From a virus (lineage: Duplodnaviria > Caudoviricetes): 54,225 nucleotides of DNA. Position 1 is the first letter of the stretch. Every line of letters begins with the position of its first letter. This document shows, in pieces, positions 36,070-45,099 of the stretch. The translations under genes and the position numbers were made by a program. Where the stretch lies: IMG/VR virus record IMGVR_UViG_3300047562_002142, positions 1 through 54,225 of that record; one strand, written 5' to 3'. The notes under the pieces are model-generated. The model made no database searches and was not told the DNA's origin. It saw only the letters and a program-made list of their open reading frames with translations.

Positions 36070-39033
36070 ATGTCTAACGGTTTCCTTTCAAAAAGAGTAA
36101 AGAAAAGAGCGCAAAGTGGAATCACAAGTGACCGTTATGAGTTTCTTGGATTAGACCAAGCGGAACCAGATTTAGGTGATCCTATAATTGGCCCATCTTC
36201 GACTGGAGCAAATCCAATTCCTCCAACTGGATTTAACAATACTTATATTCTTGTAAATGTTGCAGGAAATCCAGGAAAAAGATATTGGCTAAACTCCACT
36301 TCTCTTCCAGTTGGTGGATTATCTCCAGGTTCATTTACTGTTTTTAATAATGATGTTCAAGTAGGTATTGCAAACAGTTTTAATGTCTTTAACTTTGTTG
36401 GTGCTGGTGTTACTGTTGATTATGTAAGCCCAGATGAGGACAAACAAACTGGAATTGCAACCATAAGAATTCAAGTCACTGACTTGGTTGCGCCAGGAAA
36501 CCCATATGAGATTCCATATTATGACCCTGGAACTGGATTTTTGGAAGGAGCAACAGGAGTTGTATTTAGAAGTAATAATGTAGGTATAGGTTCTACTCTT
36601 CCTACAGAAAAACTTGATGTACTAGGAAATGTAAATATATCAGGTCAAATTGAATCTAATACTGCAGATGTTGGATTTATTACTGCAACTACATCATATT
36701 CAGGTATTAGCACAGTAAATGATAGTTACATCAGAAATAATTTAAATGTAGGTACATCATCTACTGTTGTAAAAACATTAAATGGTAATGTTGGTATTGG
36801 TTCTACTATACCACAATATAAACTAGATGTCTTTGGATCATCAAGGTTTTATGGTGCAATTTATGATTACCTCGGAAATCCTGGAGAATCTGGGCAAGTT
36901 CTTACTTCCAAAGGAAATAATAATGTAGAATGGGATTCTGTTGGACTAGATACTCCGGTTAAAATATCAGAGTCAGTTGTAACCAAAGAAGCAACAAACG
37001 ACCAATTTTATTACATTGGTTTATCATCAACAACTAATGATATAACAAATCTTTATGTTGATTCTAATGGACTTTATTATAATCCATCTTCAGTAAGTCT
37101 TGGTATTGGTACTCAACCAAGTTATGCATTAGATGTTAGTGGAACAATTCGTGCAGACCAAATCTTGGTAGAAAGTCTCATTGAAGCACCAGGAATTGTA
37201 ACAACCACATCCACAAATGAGGTTGTGATTGATACATTTAACACTTCTCAATATCGTAGCGCGAGATATAATATACAAGTCACCACAAACAACCAACTGA
37301 GATTGGGGACTGCATCCGTTTCAGGGTTGAGTTCTGGGCAAAATTATTCACTAGGAACTTATGAAGATGTCTCTTTGGTTTCTTCTGGTATTGGTACAGG
37401 AGCAAAAGCAACAATTACGGTAAGTACTCCTCCATCTGAAATCACTCAATCATTTAGTGGAATATTTACTACATCAAGTAGTATTGTAGGAATTCCAACA
37501 GGAACTACTGTAATCCTTGATACTACCTTAACTCCAAACGATTACGAACAATCAAAATTAACTTCCATTCAAATCACAAATTCTGGTAGTGGATTTACAA
37601 CAGTCCCAAATATTACCATTGATTCTCCAATTATTGTAGGAAATCCTGTCCCAGGAGTTGGTATTGGAAGCACTGCGATTGTGACTAATGTTTCTATGAA
37701 AGTCACAAATGCAACTTTAAATACTGTTGGAGTAGTAACCAATGTTGTTCCAACAACTACTTTCGTTTCTCCAGTCGGAACTGGAGAAACTGCAACTGGT
37801 TATGTAGGATTTGGTATTTCCACATTTACTGTAACTGGTTTTGGTTCGGCATATACATCATCACCAACAGTTACTTACAATCAAACACCAACTTCCACAC
37901 CAGTCACTAGAGTTGGTCTTGGTATTAGTGATGCTGGTATTCAAATCACTCCAGGAACTGGATACGATACAGGAATCACAACCATCACAATTACTCCTGT
38001 TGGTGGAATTGGAACTGGGGCACAAATGTCTCTTAAATCTATAGATACTGATTCTGGTGCTATTACTGCTATTCGTATTGTAAATGTTGGTTCTGGTTAT
38101 ACTGTCCCACCAACAGTTACAATTGCAAATAGTGATTCTGGTGCTGGTGCTGCAATTACAATTACTCAAATGATTGTAACTAATATTGATGTAGATGACC
38201 CAGGTTCTGGATTTGGTGCATCAAAGCCAATCATTGGATTTAGTGGAGGTGGTGGTTCTGGTGCAACAGCAACAGTTGACGATATTATTTTAACCAATAT
38301 TGAAATTACAAATTCTGGTTATGGATATACTTCTGCCGATATGCCTGTTACTGCAACAATTTCAACTCCTGGCGTAGGAAATACTGTTGGTCTTGGAGTT
38401 TATCAGGTATTATCAACTACTGGTCTTGGTTATACAACTAATCCATCATTTACAATTGATTCCCCAACACTCAGTCCTTTTGTTGGTACTTCATTAACAA
38501 GTATTCTTGGATACAATAGCACCTTCAATTTATTTTCTGGCCCTGGTTATGGTGGAGAAACTGTTTATTATATTGATCCAATAGATTCAAATTCATTCAG
38601 ACTTACTAAAGATTCTGAAGGAACTGATTATATCACTCTTGGATATGATGTTTCTTCTAATCCAGATGCATATATTGGAGGCACCGTATCTTCTGTTTCA
38701 ATTACAAACAGTGGTTCTGGGTATGAAATTGGTGATGTTATTACTACTGGTAATTCGGATTTAGAATCATACGGCACTGCAGTTGGAACCGGATTCAGTT
38801 TTACTGTTGCTGGCCCACTAATTGAAAGTTTCCAGGTCAGTGATGTAATGCTTCTACAATCTGTTGGTTCTGCTTCTACTGAAGCCTCTGTCGTTGAATA
38901 TGCAGGAATTGCAAACTTTGATAATCTTGGTGAGTACAGTGCAGATATTAGTGGTGGAAATGCAAGACTTAAATTTACACCTACTTATGCACACAATACA
39001 ATTAAATTGACTAGAAAGGGAACAGAACTCTAA
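36070..39033 (+). CDS. Tail fibre-like structural protein
   Basis: DRY.FLGL.QAEP.LGDP start, NVGIGST.P..KLDV repeats, many I.ITN.GSGY..P.VT modules. Confidence 0.7.
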   Translation: MSNGFLSKRVKKRAQSGITSDRYEFLGLDQAEPDLGDPIIGPSSTGANPIPPTGFNNTYILVNVAGNPGKRYWLNSTSLPVGGLSPGSFTVFNNDVQVGIANSFNVFNFVGAGVTVDYVSPDEDKQTGIATIRIQVTDLVAPGNPYEIPYYDPGTGFLEGATGVVFRSNNVGIGSTLPTEKLDVLGNVNISGQIESNTADVGFITATTSYSGISTVNDSYIRNNLNVGTSSTVVKTLNGNVGIGSTIPQYKLDVFGSSRFYGAIYDYLGNPGESGQVLTSKGNNNVEWDSVGLDTPVKISESVVTKEATNDQFYYIGLSSTTNDITNLYVDSNGLYYNPSSVSLGIGTQPSYALDVSGTIRADQILVESLIEAPGIVTTTSTNEVVIDTFNTSQYRSARYNIQVTTNNQLRLGTASVSGLSSGQNYSLGTYEDVSLVSSGIGTGAKATITVSTPPSEITQSFSGIFTTSSSIVGIPTGTTVILDTTLTPNDYEQSKLTSIQITNSGSGFTTVPNITIDSPIIVGNPVPGVGIGSTAIVTNVSMKVTNATLNTVGVVTNVVPTTTFVSPVGTGETATGYVGFGISTFTVTGFGSAYTSSPTVTYNQTPTSTPVTRVGLGISDAGIQITPGTGYDTGITTITITPVGGIGTGAQMSLKSIDTDSGAITAIRIVNVGSGYTVPPTVTIANSDSGAGAAITITQMIVTNIDVDDPGSGFGASKPIIGFSGGGGSGATATVDDIILTNIEITNSGYGYTSADMPVTATISTPGVGNTVGLGVYQVLSTTGLGYTTNPSFTIDSPTLSPFVGTSLTSILGYNSTFNLFSGPGYGGETVYYIDPIDSNSFRLTKDSEGTDYITLGYDVSSNPDAYIGGTVSSVSITNSGSGYEIGDVITTGNSDLESYGTAVGTGFSFTVAGPLIESFQVSDVMLLQSVGSASTEASVVEYAGIANFDNLGEYSADISGGNARLKFTPTYAHNTIKLTRKGTEL

Positions 39034-39067
39034 ATGAACTACTACAAATCCGTAGGTTTGTAGTTTC
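39034..39067. repeat. Hairpin element related to the 46-bp repeats
   Basis: ATGAACT then ACTACAAATC-CGTA-GGTTTGTAGT then TTC. Confidence 0.6.
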
Positions 39068-39117
39068 AGAATATATTAAATTAATGAACTCTAAATAGTT
39101 AAAACAGACAAAGCACA

Positions 39118-39456
39118 ATGGCGGTTACTGCTATTAACATTGTAATTGAACAGGGTGAGGATTTTTCTGCTACTTATAATATCAAAAACCCAGATGAAAG
39201 TACCGCAATTCTGGCGAATTATACTGTAATAGGAACACTGAAGAAGCATCCTGGTGCTGCAACTGGAGTTGAGTTTATAACTTCATTAACTACAAGCACT
39301 GCTGTTTTGGAAATCAGTTTATCAAGGACAGTTACTGCAGCATTATCTCCTGGGAGATATTATTATGACCTATTTTTGGTTACTCCTGGAGGAAGAAGAA
39401 CAAAGATAATTGAAGGTAATGCTCTTGTGAATGGTTCTGCAACATTACCCACTTAA
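39118..39456 (+). CDS. Small fibre adaptor (BppU-N-like)
   Basis: NI.IEQG.DF...L.ISL....TA.L..GRYYYD.......IEG...V. Confidence 0.65.
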   Translation: MAVTAINIVIEQGEDFSATYNIKNPDESTAILANYTVIGTLKKHPGAATGVEFITSLTTSTAVLEISLSRTVTAALSPGRYYYDLFLVTPGGRRTKIIEGNALVNGSATLPT

Positions 39457-39461
39457 GGACA

Positions 39462-39788
39462 ATGAAAGCATATCTTTCGGGGAATCAAAATTATGTTGTA
39501 AAGTTGGGAACAACACCATCTTATAAGGCAACTCAGGGGGAAGCAGTTTTGGCGCAAAACTTTACCGATTTAAGTGATGTAAGTATAGACAGTCTATCTG
39601 CATCAAATGATAATTACCCAGTTGTATATAATGCATCTTTAGGGAAGTTTGTAATCGTAAACCCAGATGCTGTCCTTTCTGCAGCATCAACCACAACTGG
39701 AGAACAACCTGGATTACCAGATGATTTTGTTAATACTTTAGACATTGACCTTGATAATCGTATTGACCTTGATGCAGGCACTTTTTAG
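39462..39788 (+). CDS. Small fibre-associated protein
   Basis: L.DV......YN....KF and LDAGTF end. Confidence 0.6.
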   Translation: MKAYLSGNQNYVVKLGTTPSYKATQGEAVLAQNFTDLSDVSIDSLSASNDNYPVVYNASLGKFVIVNPDAVLSAASTTTGEQPGLPDDFVNTLDIDLDNRIDLDAGTF

Positions 39789-39822
39789 AATAAATAAATA
39801 AATAAAAAGGTTAGAAAAAAAA

Positions 39823-41301
39823 ATGACTGCACCTACAATTCAATTTAAGCGTGGTGCATATTCTGGTATTACATCTTTTAGAGCAGGAGAACCTGCATTT
39901 ACAACTGATACTTTTGACTTCTTTATTGGACTTGACAACACGCTTGCAAACAATAAGTTCTTCGGTTCACATCGTTATTGGACTAGAGAGACTGGTTCTG
40001 CAGCACTTAGTCTGAATCTTGTTGATAAGGATGGAACAAACAAGATTAGTCTAAAGTCACCAGATACTCTTGCTGGTGTTACAACATATACTCTTCCTGC
40101 AACTCCAACTGATAATTATTTTCTTAAAACTAATGCTTCTGGTGACCTTTCTTGGGCAGAAGTTGTAAGCACATTAAGTATTGCTGCTGATAGTGGAACT
40201 GCAGATAATGTAAGTACAGGACAAACCATTACTTTCAGTGGTGGCGAAGGTATTGATACTGCAGTAACTGATAATACTATTACAATTTCTGCAGAGGATG
40301 CTACATCTTTAAATAAAGGTATTGCTTCTTTTGATGCAACAGATTTTACTGTAACATCCGGTGCAGTTACAGTAAATGTCGAAAGAGTACAAGATATTGT
40401 TGGTGCAATGGTCTCCAGCAATACAGAAACTTTAATTACTGTTACTTACCAAGATGCTGATGGTACAATTGATTTTGTAGTTGATAATGACCTCGCAAAT
40501 TATAGCAATGCTACATCTGCATTTATCACTGCATCATCATCTGATACTTTAACCAATAAAACATTTGATGCAAATGGAACTGGTAATTCACTATCCAATG
40601 TAGAAGTTGCAGATTTTGCTGCAAGTGCAATCACAACTTCTACAGATACTATCGCAACCAATGATAGTGATAGTCAGGTTCCAACATCTGCTGCTGTGAT
40701 TGATTATGTTGGAGCACAAATTGGAGCAATTGATTTAACTATTGATACTGCAGCAGGAACCAATGGAACTGGTACTGGTTCGGTATCAACTGCACAGACA
40801 CTTACATTCAATGGAACAACCAATGAAATTGATGTAACAGTATCTAGTCAATCAGTAACTTATGGTCTTCCAAGTGATGTAACTATTGGAAATAACCTGA
40901 CTGTTACTGGAAATCTTTATGTAAATGGTTCTACAACTCAGGTTAATACAACCTCAATGACTGTTGAGGATAGAACTATTGAACTTGGTTTGGTTAATGG
41001 TTCCGCACCATCTTCTGCAACAACCTGGGATTTAGGTGTTCTCTTTAATTATCACGCAACTTCAGCAAAGAAATCTGCAGTTGTCTGGGAACAAGGAGAC
41101 GCAAGATTTAAATTCGCATCTGAAGTTTCTGATGGTGGTGGAACTGATAATGATAGTCCACAAATTACCTTCACTGCCTATGCACCAATTGAAATCAGTG
41201 CCTTATGGGTCACTGATTGTGCTGGAACTTCTCAGGTCATTTCTTGTACTGGAAGTGAGAGATTCCTAGAAAATATTACCCTTGATGGAGGTTCATTCTA
41301 G
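39823..41301 (+). CDS. Tail fibre protein
   Basis: IQFKRG...GEP..TTD N-terminus; LTV.GNL.VNG.TTQVNT....VED..IELG; DGG.F end. Confidence 0.75.
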   Translation: MTAPTIQFKRGAYSGITSFRAGEPAFTTDTFDFFIGLDNTLANNKFFGSHRYWTRETGSAALSLNLVDKDGTNKISLKSPDTLAGVTTYTLPATPTDNYFLKTNASGDLSWAEVVSTLSIAADSGTADNVSTGQTITFSGGEGIDTAVTDNTITISAEDATSLNKGIASFDATDFTVTSGAVTVNVERVQDIVGAMVSSNTETLITVTYQDADGTIDFVVDNDLANYSNATSAFITASSSDTLTNKTFDANGTGNSLSNVEVADFAASAITTSTDTIATNDSDSQVPTSAAVIDYVGAQIGAIDLTIDTAAGTNGTGTGSVSTAQTLTFNGTTNEIDVTVSSQSVTYGLPSDVTIGNNLTVTGNLYVNGSTTQVNTTSMTVEDRTIELGLVNGSAPSSATTWDLGVLFNYHATSAKKSAVVWEQGDARFKFASEVSDGGGTDNDSPQITFTAYAPIEISALWVTDCAGTSQVISCTGSERFLENITLDGGSF

Positions 41302-41306
41302 AGTAA

Positions 41307-41501
41307 ATGAGTGAAGAAGATTATAAGGCAATTATAGCAACATATCAACAAAAGTCTTTTGAGTTATTCAATCAAAATATTGTATTAGAAACACAGTTAA
41401 ATTCTTTCAAGCAAAAAGTAGAAATACTGACAAAAGAAGTTGAAAGATTGAATAACTCAAAGACCAGAAAAACAAAACAGGAAGAAGCAAACTTTCAATG
41501 A
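41307..41501 (+). CDS. Small coiled-coil protein (possible fibre chaperone)
   Basis: Heptad pattern; follows a fibre gene. Confidence 0.6.
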   Translation: MSEEDYKAIIATYQQKSFELFNQNIVLETQLNSFKQKVEILTKEVERLNNSKTRKTKQEEANFQ

Positions 41502-41543
41502 ACTACCGCGAAACTAAAGATTTCGCGGTTTTACGGAACTTTG
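41498..41543. repeat. 46-bp direct repeat with hairpin, copy 1
   Basis: ATGAACTACCGCGAAACTAAAGATTTCGCGGTTTTACGGAACTTTG, identical to 44964-45009. Confidence 0.95.
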
Positions 41544-41607
41544 ATAAATAATAAAAACAATCCAGTATATACTGGATTTTATTTTACGGTATATACCGAC
41601 TTAATCT

Positions 41608-44568
41608 ATGGCGAATCCTAATATTAGAATTAAACGGTCTTCCGTAGAAGGAAAAAGACCATCATTATCTCAAGTTGATTTGGGTGAATTAGCTGTCAAT
41701 ACTAATGATGGTAGATTATTCACACGAAAAGAAAATGTAGGTATTGGTTCTACTGTTACACTACTAAATCCCTGGACTGAAAATATTGGGGGTGGTGTAT
41801 ATTATACTGAAGGTAATGTTGGTATTGGAACCACAAATCCACTAGTAGCACTTGATGTTGCTGGTGTTATTAGAGAGGAACTTCATAGTCCTACAATGCC
41901 CGTAGGTCTTAATGATGATATTGGGGTCAACTGGACCCAGATTGAAATGGGTGCTGGACTTGAATATATTGCTTCATTAGTCTATTGTGGTAATGGTATT
42001 GTCTTAGCAGGTGGTGGTTTTAATACTGGTGATGGTGATGTTTATAGGTCTACCGACTTTGGACTCACCTGGACCCAGATTGAAATGGGTGCTGGACTTG
42101 AATATATTGCTTCATTAGTCTATTGTGGTAATGGTATTGTCTTAGCAGGTGGTGGTGATGGTAGTGGTGATGGTGATGTTTATAGGTCTACCGACTTTGG
42201 ACTCAACTGGACCCAGATTGAAATGGGTGCTGGACTTGAATATATTGCTTCATTAGTCTATTGTGGTAATGGTATTGTCTTAGCAGGTGGTGGTTTTAAT
42301 ACTGGTGATGGTGATGTTTATAGGTCTACCGACTTTGGACTCACCTGGACCCAGATTGAAATGGGTGCTGGACTAGAAATAATCTATTCACTAGTCTATT
42401 GTGGTAATGGTATTGTCTTAGCAGGTGGCGGTAATGGTATTGGTGATGGTGACATTTATAGGTCTACCGACTTTGGACTCAACTGGACCCAGATTGAAAT
42501 GGGTGCTGGACTTCAACTTATTCTTTCATTAGTTTACTGCGGTAATGGTATTGTCTTAGCAGGTGGTGGTTTTGGTATTGGTGATGGTGATGTTTATAGG
42601 TCTACCGACTTTGGACTCACCTGGACCCAGATTGAAATGGGTGCTGGACTAGAAGTAATCAATTCACTAGTCTATTGTGGTAATGGTATTGTCTTAGCAG
42701 GTGGCGGTTTTAATACTGGTTATGGTGACATTTATAGGTCTACCGACTTTGGACTCACCTGGACCCAGATTGAAATGGGTGCTGGACTAGAAATAATCTA
42801 TTCACTAGTCTATTGTGGTAATGGTATTGTCTTAGCAGGTGGTGGTAGTGGTACTGGTGATGGTGACATTTATAGGTCTGATGTTGGATTCTCACAGGCA
42901 TCTACTATTCAGGGAATTTATCACGAACACCTGACTGGTAACATTGGCATCGGGTCCATACAACCAACAGCAAAACTTGATGTTAATGGTGGTGTAATCG
43001 TTTCTGGTGTTTCTACATTCCAAGATGATGTTAATATTGGTGTTGGAGGAACAACAGCAGTCTTTGATATAAGTACTGGATATGTCGGTATCAATACGAC
43101 AAATCCACAAGAGAAACTTGATGTTAATGGTAAAGTTATTATTCAGGGTGCTCTCGGTGTTGGTGGCACAAACTACGGTTCTGCTGGTCAAGTCCTTATT
43201 AGCAATGGTTCTAGCTCTGCGCCTTCCTGGGAGGATTTGACTCTACCTGCCACCTTTGGTTGGGATCACGACGACGACACCTACGGTCTCTACCTACTAG
43301 GAACCAGCATTAAAACCAGCGATATAACTGGTACTATTGATATTGATGTTCAATCTCGGATGCGTCGGTGCGTTATCAACGACTCTGGTGTTGTTCAGTA
43401 TTACCTTGATGCTGATGATAGCGATTTAAAATCAGGTGATTGGTTGCGTATTGTAGAAACAGAAACAATTGGTATCGCTTATACTGGAACGATCAGCGAA
43501 AGCACCAATAGTTTGCTGCGTGTTGGAGTACCGGCATGGGCCGCAGGCACCTTTACTCGCGGACAGCGTGTTACTAACGGTGGATACCTGTGGGAATGTA
43601 TTGCTGCAAGTACTACAGCAACACCGGCTGTGGGTACAGTCGCAAGTGATTTAACTGGAACTGACGGTCAGGTGATGGTTGAAGTGCCCGCGTTCTCTGT
43701 TCGGTACGGTTTCCTAAACGGTGTTCATACTCGTGAAGTGCGTCTTGGATGTAGCGATTCGTTGATCGCACAAGGGTTTCAACCACATCCTGCCTTTATT
43801 AAAACTGACGGCACCTATAAAGATGCGTTCTATATCGGCGCATATCACACTTACGATAATGCAGGCACTGGATCTAGCGTTAGCGGTCAAACGAATACTA
43901 GATCACAAACACGCGCCACCTTCCGCACTGAAGCTGCTGCTCGCGGCACTGGATGGCATGTATTGTCGTATCTTGAATATGCAGCGATCCAAACGCTTTT
44001 AGTTTGTGAATTTAGAGATTACAACTCACAAAAAGTAGTTGGTAATGGATCTGATGTTGGCACTACATATGGTGTAACAACTGGACAAAGTGATTCGGAT
44101 GGTAATCATTCTGTAAATAGCACTGATAATGTTAGCGATGCTGATGATTACATGTCTTATCGCGGTATTGAAAATCTTTACGGTAGGGCTTGGCAGTGGG
44201 TTGATGGAGTCAATATTTATGAACGTGTCGTTTATTTAACAAATGATCAGACTGCTTTTGCTGATGACACTAGCGTAGGGTATACCTTCTATGCACAACT
44301 ACCTAACTTGTTACCAGGAGATTTTAACTATTATCAAAAGGATCTGTATCCATTGGCCGATGTTTTCTTGCCTTCTGTAAATACTGGGGGCAGCAATATT
44401 ACATATCTTGGTGATTCTATAGTTGTAAACACTGGTTGGCGCGTGGGTGCTGTAGGGGGTAATTCCAATCTTAATGAACAATGCGGAGTGTTTTGCACAA
44501 CTTTCGGTGCTGGATCGGGCATTGCTGCGGCTGTTGCTGGTGCTCGCCTAGCTTACGCGGTGAACTAA
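41608..44568 (+). CDS. Mosaic receptor-binding fibre: anchor, 7-blade Asp-box propeller, C-terminal C-type-lectin (Mtd/FGE-like) domain
   Basis: IRIKRS...P.....GELAVNT.DG; 7 x YRS.D.G..W; HPAF...YIGAY, YRGIENLYG..WQWVDG, GG......CG.F...GARL. Confidence 0.8.
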   Translation: MANPNIRIKRSSVEGKRPSLSQVDLGELAVNTNDGRLFTRKENVGIGSTVTLLNPWTENIGGGVYYTEGNVGIGTTNPLVALDVAGVIREELHSPTMPVGLNDDIGVNWTQIEMGAGLEYIASLVYCGNGIVLAGGGFNTGDGDVYRSTDFGLTWTQIEMGAGLEYIASLVYCGNGIVLAGGGDGSGDGDVYRSTDFGLNWTQIEMGAGLEYIASLVYCGNGIVLAGGGFNTGDGDVYRSTDFGLTWTQIEMGAGLEIIYSLVYCGNGIVLAGGGNGIGDGDIYRSTDFGLNWTQIEMGAGLQLILSLVYCGNGIVLAGGGFGIGDGDVYRSTDFGLTWTQIEMGAGLEVINSLVYCGNGIVLAGGGFNTGYGDIYRSTDFGLTWTQIEMGAGLEIIYSLVYCGNGIVLAGGGSGTGDGDIYRSDVGFSQASTIQGIYHEHLTGNIGIGSIQPTAKLDVNGGVIVSGVSTFQDDVNIGVGGTTAVFDISTGYVGINTTNPQEKLDVNGKVIIQGALGVGGTNYGSAGQVLISNGSSSAPSWEDLTLPATFGWDHDDDTYGLYLLGTSIKTSDITGTIDIDVQSRMRRCVINDSGVVQYYLDADDSDLKSGDWLRIVETETIGIAYTGTISESTNSLLRVGVPAWAAGTFTRGQRVTNGGYLWECIAASTTATPAVGTVASDLTGTDGQVMVEVPAFSVRYGFLNGVHTREVRLGCSDSLIAQGFQPHPAFIKTDGTYKDAFYIGAYHTYDNAGTGSSVSGQTNTRSQTRATFRTEAAARGTGWHVLSYLEYAAIQTLLVCEFRDYNSQKVVGNGSDVGTTYGVTTGQSDSDGNHSVNSTDNVSDADDYMSYRGIENLYGRAWQWVDGVNIYERVVYLTNDQTAFADDTSVGYTFYAQLPNLLPGDFNYYQKDLYPLADVFLPSVNTGGSNITYLGDSIVVNTGWRVGAVGGNSNLNEQCGVFCTTFGAGSGIAAAVAGARLAYAVN
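41932..42879 (+). repeat. 138-nt (46-aa) tandem repeat, 7 copies
   Basis: Units start at 41932, 42070, 42208, 42346, 42484, 42622 and 42760. Confidence 0.97.
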
Positions 44569-44598
44569 TCCATTATATTAACCACAAAGGAGTTTCTC

Positions 44599-44949
44599 AT
44601 GGCTAACTACGGTTCTAATTATCCCAATCCCACACGAGTCCGTGGCAAGTGGCACGTCCCATATAACATCCAGTCCAAAGTGAATAGTGACGGCATCACC
44701 ACATATTCTGCAGAAGTTGCGGAGTGCATGACGCTGTTTGAACATGACATTCGCCAAGTCATCCCAACTGGTTACGACGCCGATGTCTTGGAAGCCATTA
44801 AGCACGGAATTCGCCTTCGGCGCGCACAAGAGTATCCGCCGGTAACTGACTACCTTGATGGCGTAGCAAAAGACGACGCTGATCAAATTACAGCATATAA
44901 GAATGCGTGCTTGGCGGTAAAGGAAAAGTATCCTTTCCCAAATGAATGA
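44599..44949 (+). CDS. Tail-fibre assembly-like small protein
   Basis: R..EYPP..DYLD.....VK.KYP motif; AGGAG site. Confidence 0.7.
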   Translation: MANYGSNYPNPTRVRGKWHVPYNIQSKVNSDGITTYSAEVAECMTLFEHDIRQVIPTGYDADVLEAIKHGIRLRRAQEYPPVTDYLDGVAKDDADQITAYKNACLAVKEKYPFPNE

Positions 44950-44963
44950 GACGCAATAGTCGG

Positions 44964-45009
44964 ATGAACTACCGCGAAACTAAAGATTTCGCGGTTTTAC
45001 GGAACTTTG
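44964..45009. repeat. 46-bp direct repeat with hairpin, copy 2
   Basis: Identical to 41498-41543; both copies are followed by RTAAATA. Confidence 0.95.
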
Positions 45010-45099
45010 GTAAATATGGGTAGTGCAATTTCAGCAAATGTCAAAGTTTCATCACAAAGAATCATCGTCTAAATAGTACCATAAGGAGAGTATTAAAAG

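Noticed and set aside
41932-42879. 138-nt repeats as a CRISPR or ncRNA array
   Set aside because: They are contiguous, in frame and encode Asp-box propeller blades
41498-45009. 46-bp palindromic repeats as a CRISPR array
   Set aside because: Only two copies 3.4 kb apart with whole genes between them; no spacer periodicity and no cas genes
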